This document shows positions 1-8,641 of a DNA stretch of 64,000 nucleotides, piece after piece. The position numbers were made by a program, and so were the translations under genes. The stretch is taken from contig CAYSUO010000004.1 of the NCBI GenBank assembly GCA_964434325.1, forward strand, positions 1,661 to 65,660. The letters are read 5' to 3'. The DNA is from an uncultured Ruminococcus sp. (GTDB lineage: Bacteria > Bacillota > Clostridia > Oscillospirales > CAG-272). Position 1 is the first letter of the stretch. Each line of letters begins with the position of its first letter. Under the pieces are notes generated by a model that saw nothing but the letters and a program-made list of their open reading frames with translations, searched no databases and had not been told where the DNA came from.

Positions 1-827
1 ACGGCGCGGATTATCGCGGGCCAGCCCTCGTAGCGCTTTCCGTCCTTGACGCCGACGCTCTTCATATCGGGAACGGCGATGAAGTATTGCCAAACCTTGC
101 CTGCGAGTCCGTTTTTCTCAAATTCTTCGCGCAGTATTGCGTCCGCCTCTCGGAGAGCGGCGAGCCTGTCGCGCGTTATCGCGCCGAGGCAACGAACGCC
201 GAGCCCAGGACCAGGGAAGGGCTGGCGATCCACCATGGAGGCGGGGAGCCCGAGAGCACGTCCGACAACGCGCACCTCGTCCTTGAAAAGGAGCTTGACG
301 GGCTCGACCAGCTCGAATTTCAAATCGTCGGGCAAGCCGCCGACGTTGTGGTGCGCTTTAACGCCGTCGCTTTCGAGAATGTCGGGATATATCGTGCCCT
401 GAGCGAGGAACTCGATGCCTTCCAGCTTGCGCGCCTCCTCCTCGAAAATACGGATGAATTCGCCGCCGATTATCTTGCGCTTGCGCTCGGGCTCGGCAAC
501 GCCCGCCAGCTTGTCCAGATAGCGATCCGTCGCGTCAATGTAAACGAGATTTGCATTAAGCTGATTTTTAAAGACCTCGATGACCTGCTCGCTTTCGCCC
601 TTGCGCATAAGCCCGTGATTCACGTGAACGCAAACGAGCTGCTTTCCTATCGCCTTGATAAGAAGCGCCGCGACAACGGAGCTGTCAACTCCGCCCGAAA
701 GCGCAAGAAGCACTTTTTTGCTTCTCACCTGCCGCTTGATGAGCTCGACCTGCTCGTCAATGAAAGCCTTTGCCAACGCCTCGTTGGTAATCCTCGGCAT
801 TTCTTCTGGTCTCTTGTTTGAATCCAT
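1..827 (-). CDS. guaA: GMP synthase ATP-pyrophosphatase (PP-loop) module without a GATase domain, subunit-B-like. The 3' end leaves the window.
   Basis: Absent from the ORF track because it runs off the window. My minus-strand translation from ATG 827 reads MDSNKRPEEMPRITNEALAKAFIDEQVELIKRQVRSKKVLLALSGGVDSSVVAALLIKAIGKQLVCVHVNHGLMRKGE...RQPFPGPGLGVRCLG. It has the SGGVDSS PP-loop and GuaA C-terminal motifs. SD GGGAGAAAAGGG abuts the ATG. Confidence 0.85.
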   Translation of the reverse strand, partial: MDSNKRPEEMPRITNEALAKAFIDEQVELIKRQVRSKKVLLALSGGVDSSVVAALLIKAIGKQLVCVHVNHGLMRKGESEQVIEVFKNQLNANLVYIDATDRYLDKLAGVAEPERKRKIIGGEFIRIFEEEARKLEGIEFLAQGTIYPDILESDGVKAHHNVGGLPDDLKFELVEPVKLLFKDEVRVVGRALGLPASMVDRQPFPGPGLGVRCLGAITRDRLAALREADAILREEFEKNGLAGKVWQYFIAVPDMKSVGVKDGKRYEGWPAIIRA

Positions 828-888
828 CCCTTTTCTCCCTTTTATTTTTATTTTATTTTTTTGAAATCCGTGTAAGCTTTATGCGAAT

Positions 889-917
889 ATTATACAGTAT
901 TATTCGTTAAATTTCAA
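889..917 (-). promoter_or_regulatory. SigA-type promoter for the guaA-like gene
   Basis: Minus strand reads TTGAAA, a 17-nt spacer, then TATAAT. On the plus strand these are TTTCAA 912-917 and ATTATA 889-894. It lies about 60 nt upstream of the ATG. Confidence 0.55.
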
Positions 918-990
918 GAGAAAAATATAACAAAATTTCGTTTTTTTCATAAAATATTTATGTACGCTTTTACGACGAAGGCGCTGCCGC

Positions 991-1797
991 GAAGTCACCG
1001 CGCTTTTGCGAAAACTTACGCCGCCCGCGCAACCCGTGCTTTGACGGCTCACAGAGTACACTCTAAAACCACAGCTCGCGAAATCCGCGAGCTTCGTGTC
1101 GCAAAAACATTAAGGAGAAGCGCGAAGTCACCGTGCTTTTGCGAAAACCCACGCCGTCCGCGCAACCCGTGCTTCGACGGCTCGCGGAGCACACTCGAAA
1201 GCCCAGTCGCACGCAATTCGCGAGCCCCGTGCCGCAAAAAAATATCAAAAAATATTAAGAAGAAGCGCGAAGCCACTGTGCTTTTGCGAAAACTTACGTC
1301 GCCCACGTGCCACGTGCTTCGACGGCTCACAGAGTACACTCTAAAACCACAGCTCGCGAAATCCACGAGCTTCGTGCCGCAAAAAATTAAGAAGAAGCGC
1401 GAAGTCACCGCGCTTTTGCGAAAACTTACGCCGCCCGCGCAACCCGTGCTTCGACGGCTCGCGGAGCAAACTCGAAAGCCCAGTCGCACGCAATTCGCGA
1501 GCCCCGTGCCGCAAAAAAATATCAAAAAATATTAAGAAGAAGCGCGAAGCCACTGTGCTTTTGCGAAAACTTACGTCGCCCACGTGCCACGTGCTTCGAC
1601 GGCTCACAGAGTACACTCTAAAACCACAGCTCGCGAAATCCACGAGCTTCGTGCCGCAAAAAATTAAGAAGAAGCGCGAAGTCACCGCGCTTTTGCGAAA
1701 ACTTACGCCGCCCGCGCAACCCGTGCTTCGACGGCTCGCGGAGCAAACTCGAAAGCCAAGCCGCGCAGTCACGCGCCCCCGCGTTGCAAAATACCCT
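991..1797 (+). repeat. Higher-order tandem array of 6 units alternating 132-133 bp and 145 bp (277-bp period)
   Basis: Units begin with GAAG(T/C)CAC(C/T)G(C/T)GCTTTTGCGAAAAC at 991, 1124, 1269, 1401, 1546 and 1678. Units 1269 and 1546 look identical. The last unit merges into the SD/ATG of the gene at 1811. Confidence 0.9.
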
Positions 1798-1810
1798 TAA
1801 AGGAGAAGCT

Positions 1811-2464
1811 ATGTTAGCCACGAAGCCATACCAAAGAGAAAACGCGCTCCTCTATGCCGAGCGCTACGCCTTTTCGCAAAACCCCGTTTTCGGCAATTTT
1901 GCGGGCATCGGCGGTAATTGCACCAACTTCGTTTCCCAATGCATATACGCGGGCTCGTGCGTTATGAATTATAAGCCCACATACGGCTGGTATTACATAT
2001 CGCTAAACGAGCGCTCTCCGTCTTGGACATCCGTGCGCTATTTCTACGACTTCATAACGGGGAACGGTGACGTTGGACCATTCGGGCGCGAAGCCTCCGC
2101 TGACGAGCTTGAAATCGGCGACGTTATACAGCTCGGCAGAAACGGCGAGGGCTACTATCATACGCTCCTCGTCGTCGGCTTTGAGGGAGAGGACATATTG
2201 GTTGCCGCCCAAACCAATAACGCCTTTGGGCGTCCACTTTCAAGCTACCCGAACGACTACGAGCGTTATATAAAAATACTCGGCGTTCGCTTTAACTCCG
2301 CCTCGGGCTCCGATTGCTTCGCCAGCGTCTATGACGGCGTCGCCATCGTGGGAGACGGATCACAGAACGTTGCTCCGCCCACGGTTGAGCCGCCCGCCGA
2401 AGCACCACTTCCAACCACTCCTGAAACGGACGAAGCACCGACGGAAGAGCTGCCGAATGCCTAA
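1811..2464 (+). CDS. Putative amidase-domain protein (Amidase_6-like) with a Pro/Glu/Thr-rich tail
   Basis: ORF 1784..2464. The internal ATG 1811 is preceded by AAAGGAGAAGCT. GGNCTNFVSQCIYAG...GWYY...SPSWTSV matches my memory of the 'putative amidase domain' family. Confidence 0.7.
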   Translation: MLATKPYQRENALLYAERYAFSQNPVFGNFAGIGGNCTNFVSQCIYAGSCVMNYKPTYGWYYISLNERSPSWTSVRYFYDFITGNGDVGPFGREASADELEIGDVIQLGRNGEGYYHTLLVVGFEGEDILVAAQTNNAFGRPLSSYPNDYERYIKILGVRFNSASGSDCFASVYDGVAIVGDGSQNVAPPTVEPPAEAPLPTTPETDEAPTEELPNA

Positions 2465-2640
2465 CGCCCACGAGAGGCAACTGCCGTGAAGCTGAATTTG
2501 AAGCTCGGCAAAGACTGAATGCAAGCGCCACTTCCAACCACTCCCGAAACAGACGAAGAAGCGGCAGACTCTCCGAGCTCCCGACACGAACGCGTGGGAA
2601 CTGCCGTAAAGCTGACCTTTGAAGCCCCGCAAAGCACCGT
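2403..2640 (+). repeat. Tandem duplication (~126 bp) spanning the 3' coding tail of the 1811 gene and its downstream DNA
   Basis: CACCACTTCCAACCACTCCTGAAACGGACGAAG...GCAACTGCCGTGAAGCTGAATTTGAAGCTCGGCAAAG is repeated as CGCCACTTCCAACCACTCCCGAAACAGACGAAG...GGAACTGCCGTAAAGCTGACCTTTGAAGCCCCGCAAAG. Confidence 0.8.
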
Positions 2641-2694
2641 CGAAGCTCTTTGTTCGTATCCGTGCAAAAAAATCAACAAAATTTTAATAAAGTA

Positions 2695-2723
2695 GTGACA
2701 AACGGGGAAAAGTGTGTTACAAT
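2695..2723 (+). promoter_or_regulatory. SigA-type promoter with extended -10
   Basis: GTGACA (2695-2700), a 17-nt spacer ending in TGT, then TACAAT (2718-2723). It lies 40 nt upstream of ATG 2763. Confidence 0.45.
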
Positions 2724-2762
2724 GTATTCAGCTTAAAGCAAAACTTCAAAGGAGAAAACAAA

Positions 2763-3107
2763 ATGAAAAAAGCTCTATCTCTCATCCTCGTTTGCGTGCT
2801 CATGCTCGGCGTTCTCACCGTGCTCGTTTCCTGCGGCGGGCTTTCGGGCACCTATAAGGGAAGTCTTTGCACTCTCAAATTCTCGGGTAGCAAAGTGACC
2901 GCCACCGTCGGCGAAAATTCCATCGAGGGCACCTACGAAATATCCAAGAAGGACGACGGCACCAAGACCATCTCTTTCGACTTTATCGACAGCGATTCCG
3001 ATAAGGGCGTCAAAGCTGCCATCGACTCGCTGATGAAAAGTGAGCTTCCCTTGGAAGAGGACGGCGACAGCATAAAAATCGGCTTTTTTACGTTTAAAAA
3101 GCAATAA
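2763..3107 (+). CDS. Small lipoprotein of unknown function
   Basis: Starts MKKALSLILVCVLMLGVLTVLVSCGG, a signal peptide with an LVSC lipobox. SD AAAGGAGAAAACAAA precedes ATG 2763. It lies inside ORF 2712..3107. Confidence 0.75.
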   Translation: MKKALSLILVCVLMLGVLTVLVSCGGLSGTYKGSLCTLKFSGSKVTATVGENSIEGTYEISKKDDGTKTISFDFIDSDSDKGVKAAIDSLMKSELPLEEDGDSIKIGFFTFKKQ

Positions 3108-3190
3108 TTTTTCCACGGCTGCTTAAAAAAACTTCATCCGTTTTAGGAGCGAAGCTTCCAGGTCGTGCAAAAACGTAAGATCGACTAACG

Positions 3191-3222
3191 AAAAAGCGGG
3201 GCGTGATTGCCCCGCTTTTTCG
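3191..3222 (+). terminator. Rho-independent terminator with bidirectional appearance
   Basis: AAAAAGCGGGGCgtgattGCCCCGCTTTTT. Confidence 0.75.
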
Positions 3223-3467
3223 CGCTTTGCGCAAAGCGTCAATTCCAAACGGCGATATTGCCGTTCGCGTCATAGTGTCAATAGCTCCCCGCCTCCGTCG
3301 GTCGGCTCTCCGAGTAGTAATAGAGCGTCGCTCAAAAGACCGTTAAGCAAGCTTTGTAAAAAGCTTACAATGATACCTATACTGTTTTAATATAAACGAT
3401 AACAGATTTCAAGTCTTTTTTGAAAATTTATAATAATCCTTTCTAAATATTCACATATTCACGCGAA

Positions 3468-3625
3468 AACGTGGAAAACAGCCCATCACCCATCGTGAAA
3501 AAAGCTTTCGCAAGGCTTAATTGTGAAAGAAAAACATAAGCCGTGTTTCCGCTTTGCGGGAAAACGCGGGAAATAGCCCATCACCCATCGCGGAGAAGAA
3601 TTTTCGCAAGGCTTGATTTATTTTG
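3468..3625 (+). repeat. 95-bp direct duplication reaching into the -35 of the two-component promoter
   Basis: GCCCATCACCCATCG occurs at 3481-3495 and 3576-3590. Each copy is followed by (A)TTTTCGCAAGGCTT(A/G)ATT. The second copy ends in the TTGATT -35 box. Confidence 0.7.
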
Positions 3626-3641
3626 CGCTTTGTGCTATACT
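3613..3641 (+). promoter_or_regulatory. SigA-type promoter with extended -10 for the response regulator/kinase operon
   Basis: TTGATT (3613-3618), a 17-nt spacer ending in TGC, then TATACT (3636-3641). Confidence 0.55.
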
Positions 3642-3656
3642 ACGTATTAAGAAAAG

Positions 3657-3724
3657 CTCGTGCGGCATTGGATTTCGGTTTGCTTTGAAGTGAGCCTACG
3701 AAGCTTAAATCCAATACCGACGAG
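3657..3724 (+). promoter_or_regulatory. Long 5'-leader stem-loop of the two-component operon
   Basis: CTCGTgCGGcATTGGATTT (3657-3675) pairs with AAATCCAATaCCGACGAG (3707-3724). That gives about 17 bp with two small interruptions. Confidence 0.45.
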
Positions 3725-3755
3725 ATGAGCACGAAAGAACGAAAGGAACGGCAAG

Positions 3756-4430
3756 GTGTTTCATATCCTTATAGTTGACGATGATAAAAATATAAGATAC
3801 GTTATGAAGGAGATCCTTGAAGCCAACGGCTACGTCGCCTTCACGGCGGAGGACGGCGAGGAGGCATTCGAGGTGCTGGCGCGCGAGCACATCGATCTCG
3901 CCATAGTCGATATTATGATGCCGAAGCTTAATGGCTACGAGTTCACCCGCGAGGCGCGCACCTTCAATCAGGACTTTCCCATTCTGATGGTCTCCGCCAA
4001 GCAAAACCCCGAGGATCGCAAGCGCGGCTTCATCGCGGGGATAGACGACTATATGTCGAAGCCCATCGACCGCGACGAGCTTCTTTTGCACGTCAAGGCG
4101 CTTTTGCGCCGCTATAAGATAGTCAGCGAGCGCAAGATAGTCATCGGCTCCGTCGTCCTTGATTACGATTCCTTCACGGTGCGTCGCGGCACCGAGGTAG
4201 TCGAGCTCCCTCAAAAGGAGTTTCAGCTCCTCTATAAGCTCCTCTCCTATCCCGATAAGATATTTACGCGTATTCAGCTCATGGACGAGATCTGGGGCGT
4301 CGAGTGCGAGACCAATCTTGAAACCGTCACCGTTCATATAGGGCGCTTGCGCAAGCGCTTTGACGGCTGGGGCGAGTTCGAGATAGAGAATATTCGCGGG
4401 CTCGGCTATAAAGCGGTGAAAAAGGTTTAA
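3756..4430 (+). CDS. OmpR-family response regulator
   Basis: ORF 3756..4430 with a GTG start. It has a receiver domain (ILIVDDD...DLAIVDIMMP...SAK) and a winged-helix output domain (LPQKEFQLLYKLLSYPDKIFTRIQLMDEIWG...VHIGRLRKR). Confidence 0.9.
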   Translation: MFHILIVDDDKNIRYVMKEILEANGYVAFTAEDGEEAFEVLAREHIDLAIVDIMMPKLNGYEFTREARTFNQDFPILMVSAKQNPEDRKRGFIAGIDDYMSKPIDRDELLLHVKALLRRYKIVSERKIVIGSVVLDYDSFTVRRGTEVVELPQKEFQLLYKLLSYPDKIFTRIQLMDEIWGVECETNLETVTVHIGRLRKRFDGWGEFEIENIRGLGYKAVKKV

Positions 4431-4475
4431 GCCGCCATTGTGAGCCGCCATTCAAAAAGTCAAAGGAGTGTTAGC

Positions 4476-5534
4476 TTGAAAAAGAACGATCCCGCCAAGC
4501 GCAGATTTTACGTTTGGTTTATCTTGTGCACCGCGGCGGTGCTTCTCGTCGCCCTCGCCACTGCCACCGTCCTAAACCTCGTTTTCATTCGCCTCGGTAT
4601 CATTGAGAGCGGGCTCTTCTGGGTCATCATCTTCGCCATAACGAGCGTGCTCGTCGGTATAACGCTTGCCGCCATTCTCGGGCGCGTGATGTTTCGCCCC
4701 GTCGAAACGATAATAGACGGAATGACGAAGCTTTCGCGCGGCGATTTTTCCGTGCGCATCGACCTCGGGAAATACGAGGGAATGAAAAATCTTGCCGAAA
4801 GCTTTAACTCTTTGGCGAAAGAGCTTGAAAATACCAAGCTTCTCCGCTCCGACTTCGTGAACGAATTTTCGCACGAGCTCAAAACGCCCCTCGTCTCCCT
4901 GAGCGGGCTCATCAGCCTTATGCAAACGGAAAAGCTCTCGGAGGATAAGCGCCGCCATTATCTGGACATTATGGAGGAGGAGGCGCGCCGCCTCACCGAT
5001 ATGACGTCGAACACGCTCTATCTCTCTAAGATAGAGGCGCAAAATATTTTGACGGGGCTCACGCGCTACAACGTCTCCGAGCAGATACGCAAGTCCGTCC
5101 TCCTCCTTGAACGCAAATGGAGCAAAAAGGGCTTAACCCCCGTCTTGGACTTCGACGAGCACACCCTCCTCGCCAACGAGGATATGATGAAGCAGGTCTG
5201 GGTCAATCTCATCGATAACGCGATAAAGTTTTCGGACGACGGCGAAGAGCTTCGCATTGACGTCAGGAGCGCGGGCGGTCGCCTCACCGTTTCGGTGGAA
5301 AACGTGGGAAAAGAGATCCCCGAGGCGGAGCTCCCCCTGATATTCGCGAAATTCTATCGTTGCAACGGGAATCACCTCTCCGAGGGCAACGGAATAGGGC
5401 TTTCCATAGTGAAGCACATCGTCGATTTGCATCGCGGTAGCGTCAGCGTTGTGAGCCGTGAGCATAAGACCGTTTTCTCGGTCGCCCTGCCGCAGCTCGG
5501 GGAATTTGAAGGTAAAGAGGAAGAGCAAGCCTAA
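4476..5534 (+). CDS. Sensor histidine kinase (2 TM, HAMP, HisKA, HATPase_c)
   Basis: ORF 4440..5534. I prefer TTG 4476 because AAAGGAG lies 8 nt upstream. The H-box is FVNEFSHELKTPL, the N-box is NLIDNAIKFS and the G-box is GNGIGLSIVK. Confidence 0.85.
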   Translation: MKKNDPAKRRFYVWFILCTAAVLLVALATATVLNLVFIRLGIIESGLFWVIIFAITSVLVGITLAAILGRVMFRPVETIIDGMTKLSRGDFSVRIDLGKYEGMKNLAESFNSLAKELENTKLLRSDFVNEFSHELKTPLVSLSGLISLMQTEKLSEDKRRHYLDIMEEEARRLTDMTSNTLYLSKIEAQNILTGLTRYNVSEQIRKSVLLLERKWSKKGLTPVLDFDEHTLLANEDMMKQVWVNLIDNAIKFSDDGEELRIDVRSAGGRLTVSVENVGKEIPEAELPLIFAKFYRCNGNHLSEGNGIGLSIVKHIVDLHRGSVSVVSREHKTVFSVALPQLGEFEGKEEEQA

Positions 5535-5662
5535 ACTACAAATAAGCCTCAAAGCTTCACGCTCCATTTTTCGCAAATTGTTCACAGTTTATTTTCGGTT
5601 TATTTTCATATTTATAATGGGTAATGGCGAGAAATGCCGAAATACGTCTTGCGGAGGTTTCT

Positions 5663-7339
5663 ATGCGAGCAGACAGCGTGAAGCTCATAGACGGCGCGCT
5701 TTTTGAAAAGCTGGTCGTTTTCGGAGCACATAACCTTAAAACATGTAAAAAAGAGATCAACGACCTGAACGTCTTTCCGATTCCCGACGGAGACACGGGC
5801 GATAATATGTATATGACTATAAGCGGCGGTATATCGCCGCTCAAAGCCGAAGGCAAAGAAGAAATAGGCGCCAAAGCCGCCGCTTTGGCGCACGGAATGC
5901 TTCTCAATGCGCGCGGCAATTCGGGGGTCATTCTTTCCCAGCTCTTCGCGGGAATAGCGAAGGGGCTGGCAGGTGCCGAGCTTGCGGACGTGGCGCTCTT
6001 TGGCGCGGCTCTTCAAAGCGGCGTCGCCGAGGCGTATTCCGCCGTTGCCCGCCCCGTTGAAGGGACGGTTTTGACGGTGGCGCGCGAGGGCGTTGAATAC
6101 GCGGTGGCAAATATCACAGAAGCTTGCGACGCGTGTGAATTTTTCGAGGCTTTAACGGCGGAAATGCATCGCTCCTTGGAGCGCACTCCCGACCTGCTTC
6201 CCGCGCTCGCGGAGGCGGGCGTTATAGATAGCGGCGGAGCGGGGCTCATCGCGATTTTCGAGGGAATGAAGGCGGCGCTTTCGGGCGAGGAGCTCGCGGA
6301 GAGCGAGGGCTTCGAGGAGAGCCGCAAGCAGGAGCTTGATTTTTCAAAATTCGATGAAAACAGTGTTATGACCTTTGGATATTGCACCGAGCTCCTTCTT
6401 CGATTGCAACGTGCAAAAACGGACCCCGAGGCGTTCGACGTCAACGTTATCATAGATTTTCTCTCCACCGTGGGTGATTCCATCGTCGCTTTTAAAACGG
6501 GCTCCGTCGTCAAGCTCCACGTGCATACGATGAAGCCGCACAAGGTGCTTGAATTTTGCCAGCGCTTCGGCGAGTTTTTGACCGTTAAGATAGAGAATAT
6601 GACCTTGCAGCATAACGATACGGACGAGAGCTTCGCAACGAAGAGGGGCACCGCCACGAAGAAAAAGCAGGAGCATAAGCCTTTCGCCGTCGTCACCGTG
6701 GTGTCGGGCGAGGGGATAAGCGAGACCTTCCGCGAGCTGGGCGCCGACTTCGTCATTGACGGAGGGCAGGGAAATAACCCGTCCGCAGAGCGATTTATAG
6801 AAGCGTTCGATACGGTGAATGCGGAGCACGTGTTTGTTCTCCCGAATAACGGCAATATCGTTATGGCGGCGAAGCAGGCGGCAAATATGTACACGGGTGC
6901 GGACGTGCGCGTGATAGAAACGAAAAATCTCGGGCAGGCGTATTCGATACTCTCGGCGCTTGATCTCTCGGGAAATGAGCCCGACGCGATAGCCGAAGCT
7001 ATGCGCGAGGATATGAAGAGCTCGGTGACGGGTATGGTGAGCAGTTCAATCCGCTCCGCCAAGCTGAACGGCGTTGATATCGAGTGTGGCGACTACGTGG
7101 GATTTACCGATAAAACAATGCTCGTTTCGGGTGCGGAGCGCGTCGAGGTCCTTATGGAGCTCGCCGAAGCTCTCGGTGCTCGCGAGCGGAGCTTCATGAT
7201 AGTTTTCGCGGGTGTCGGTGCTTCGGAGGAGGATAAGGCGGCGGCAACCTCCGCCGCGGCGGAGCGCTTCCCGAATACGGAGTTCTATTTGCTTGATGGC
7301 GGCCAGGACGTGTACGATTTTATAACCATTCTCGAATAG
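5663..7339 (+). CDS. fakA: DAK2-domain protein of the YloV/FakA type (fatty-acid kinase ATP-binding subunit)
   Basis: ORF 5624..7339. ATG 5663 has GGAGG 7 nt upstream. DGDTGDNM and GNSGVILSQ are Dak2 motifs. The length and C-terminal domain fit YloV. Confidence 0.85.
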   Translation: MRADSVKLIDGALFEKLVVFGAHNLKTCKKEINDLNVFPIPDGDTGDNMYMTISGGISPLKAEGKEEIGAKAAALAHGMLLNARGNSGVILSQLFAGIAKGLAGAELADVALFGAALQSGVAEAYSAVARPVEGTVLTVAREGVEYAVANITEACDACEFFEALTAEMHRSLERTPDLLPALAEAGVIDSGGAGLIAIFEGMKAALSGEELAESEGFEESRKQELDFSKFDENSVMTFGYCTELLLRLQRAKTDPEAFDVNVIIDFLSTVGDSIVAFKTGSVVKLHVHTMKPHKVLEFCQRFGEFLTVKIENMTLQHNDTDESFATKRGTATKKKQEHKPFAVVTVVSGEGISETFRELGADFVIDGGQGNNPSAERFIEAFDTVNAEHVFVLPNNGNIVMAAKQAANMYTGADVRVIETKNLGQAYSILSALDLSGNEPDAIAEAMREDMKSSVTGMVSSSIRSAKLNGVDIECGDYVGFTDKTMLVSGAERVEVLMELAEALGARERSFMIVFAGVGASEEDKAAATSAAAERFPNTEFYLLDGGQDVYDFITILE

Positions 7340-7510
7340 AAAACAGGCTTGCGTGAAAGCTTTTGTTTACCTAAATTGACCATCGCGCACCGTGTGCCGC
7401 GCTATGGCGGCACAACGCAACGAAGATTTACGGCGTGAATTTTTGCTATGGTAATATCACTCACGCACCGAAATTTAATTTATTTCCAAGCATGGCGGAA
7501 TGGAGAGCTT

Positions 7511-8476
7511 ATGAAAATATTGATAGACGCTTTCGGGTGCGATAACCCCGATGATTTTATCGCGGGCATTCCCAAGGCGATACGCACCGTCCCAGGGGTG
7601 ACGCTCGTCGTCGTCGGTGACCGAGAATACTTAGAGCGGCGGCTTGCCGTCGAGGAGTTTGACCGAGGGCACCTCGAAATCGTCCACGCGAGCGAGGTGA
7701 TAACGAACGAGGATACGCCCGTCGCGTCCATTCGCCGCAAGAAGGACTCGTCGCTCGTGCGCGCCTACGAGGAGCTTCGCACGCGAGAAGATCTCCCCGT
7801 TATGATAAGCGCGGGCAACACGGGCGCAATAATCGCGGGCGCCGTCCTCATTCTCGGGCGCGAGGACAGGCAGGATAAGCCCACCCTCGTCACCCTGCTT
7901 CCCAACGATAAGGGCGGCGTGACCTGCCTCGCCGATTGCGGTGCCAACGTCGATTGCCGCCCCGAGCACCTCGTCAAGTTCGCAAGCTACGCTTCCGACT
8001 ATATGCGCCGAGTCTACGGGATAGACGCCCCCCGTGTCGCACTTTTATCGGTTGGCACCGAGGACGGCAAGGGCAATATGCAAACCAAAGACGTCTTTCC
8101 CCTCTTGAAGGAGAGCGGCTTGAACTTCGTCGGCAATATGGAGGCGCGCACCGCGCTCTCGGGCGACGTGGACGTCATCGTTTCCGACGGCTTCGGTGGC
8201 AACGTGCTCCTTAAAACCATAGAGGGAACGGCGAAGTCCGTCGTCGGGCGCTTCGTTTCGCTGCTTCATAAGCACGCGGCGGGTGCGGACGTCTCCTTCG
8301 TGAATGCCGCAGTTGCCGAGCTCTATTCAACGCTCGATTTCAACACCATGGGCGGCGCCGTCATTCTCGGGGCGAAAAAGCCCATCGTCAAGGCGCACGG
8401 CTCTGCAAATTCGGAAACTCTCGTGAATACCGTCAAGCAAGCGGTGCGTATAATAGAAGGTAACGGGAGAGCGTAA
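7511..8476 (+). CDS. plsX: Phosphate acyltransferase PlsX
   Basis: ORF 7448..8476. The internal ATG 7511 follows GGAATGGAGAGCTT. Diagnostic strings are MKILIDAFGCD...SAGNTGA...DCGANVDCRPEHL...GGNVLLKT. Confidence 0.9.
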   Translation: MKILIDAFGCDNPDDFIAGIPKAIRTVPGVTLVVVGDREYLERRLAVEEFDRGHLEIVHASEVITNEDTPVASIRRKKDSSLVRAYEELRTREDLPVMISAGNTGAIIAGAVLILGREDRQDKPTLVTLLPNDKGGVTCLADCGANVDCRPEHLVKFASYASDYMRRVYGIDAPRVALLSVGTEDGKGNMQTKDVFPLLKESGLNFVGNMEARTALSGDVDVIVSDGFGGNVLLKTIEGTAKSVVGRFVSLLHKHAAGADVSFVNAAVAELYSTLDFNTMGGAVILGAKKPIVKAHGSANSETLVNTVKQAVRIIEGNGRA

Positions 8477-8641
8477 CGTGACCGAGCAAAACGGACAGCG
8501 TGAAGCTTCGGTTTGATTTTAAATCAAACGTGAACGCGAGGCTTCACTTAAATTCCGAACGAAGCAAAAAAGCGTAAGCTTCGGCAAAGTATAAATTCAA
8601 GCAGTAGCAATAAATACAAATATAAATGAAAGGACAACCCA

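Noticed and set aside
87-821. 244-aa plus-strand ORF at the left edge
   Set aside because: It is antisense to the clearly recognisable GuaA PP-loop gene. It has no SD and no recognisable family, so it is a shadow ORF.
828-960. Purine riboswitch upstream of the guaA-like gene
   Set aside because: The predicted leader is only about 60 nt, AT-rich and unstructured. No purine-aptamer-like three-way junction is visible.
991-1797. Possible CRISPR array (also considered for 47448-47772)
   Set aside because: Entire units repeat head-to-tail with no unique spacers. The unit lengths (132/145 bp and 53-59 bp) and the absence of any cas gene do not fit CRISPR.
960-1821. Several 60-190-aa ORFs on both strands across the tandem array
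   Set aside because: They are generated by the repeat itself. The 277-bp period is not a multiple of 3. The peptides are Arg/Lys/Pro-rich and nonsense-like, and there is no SD.
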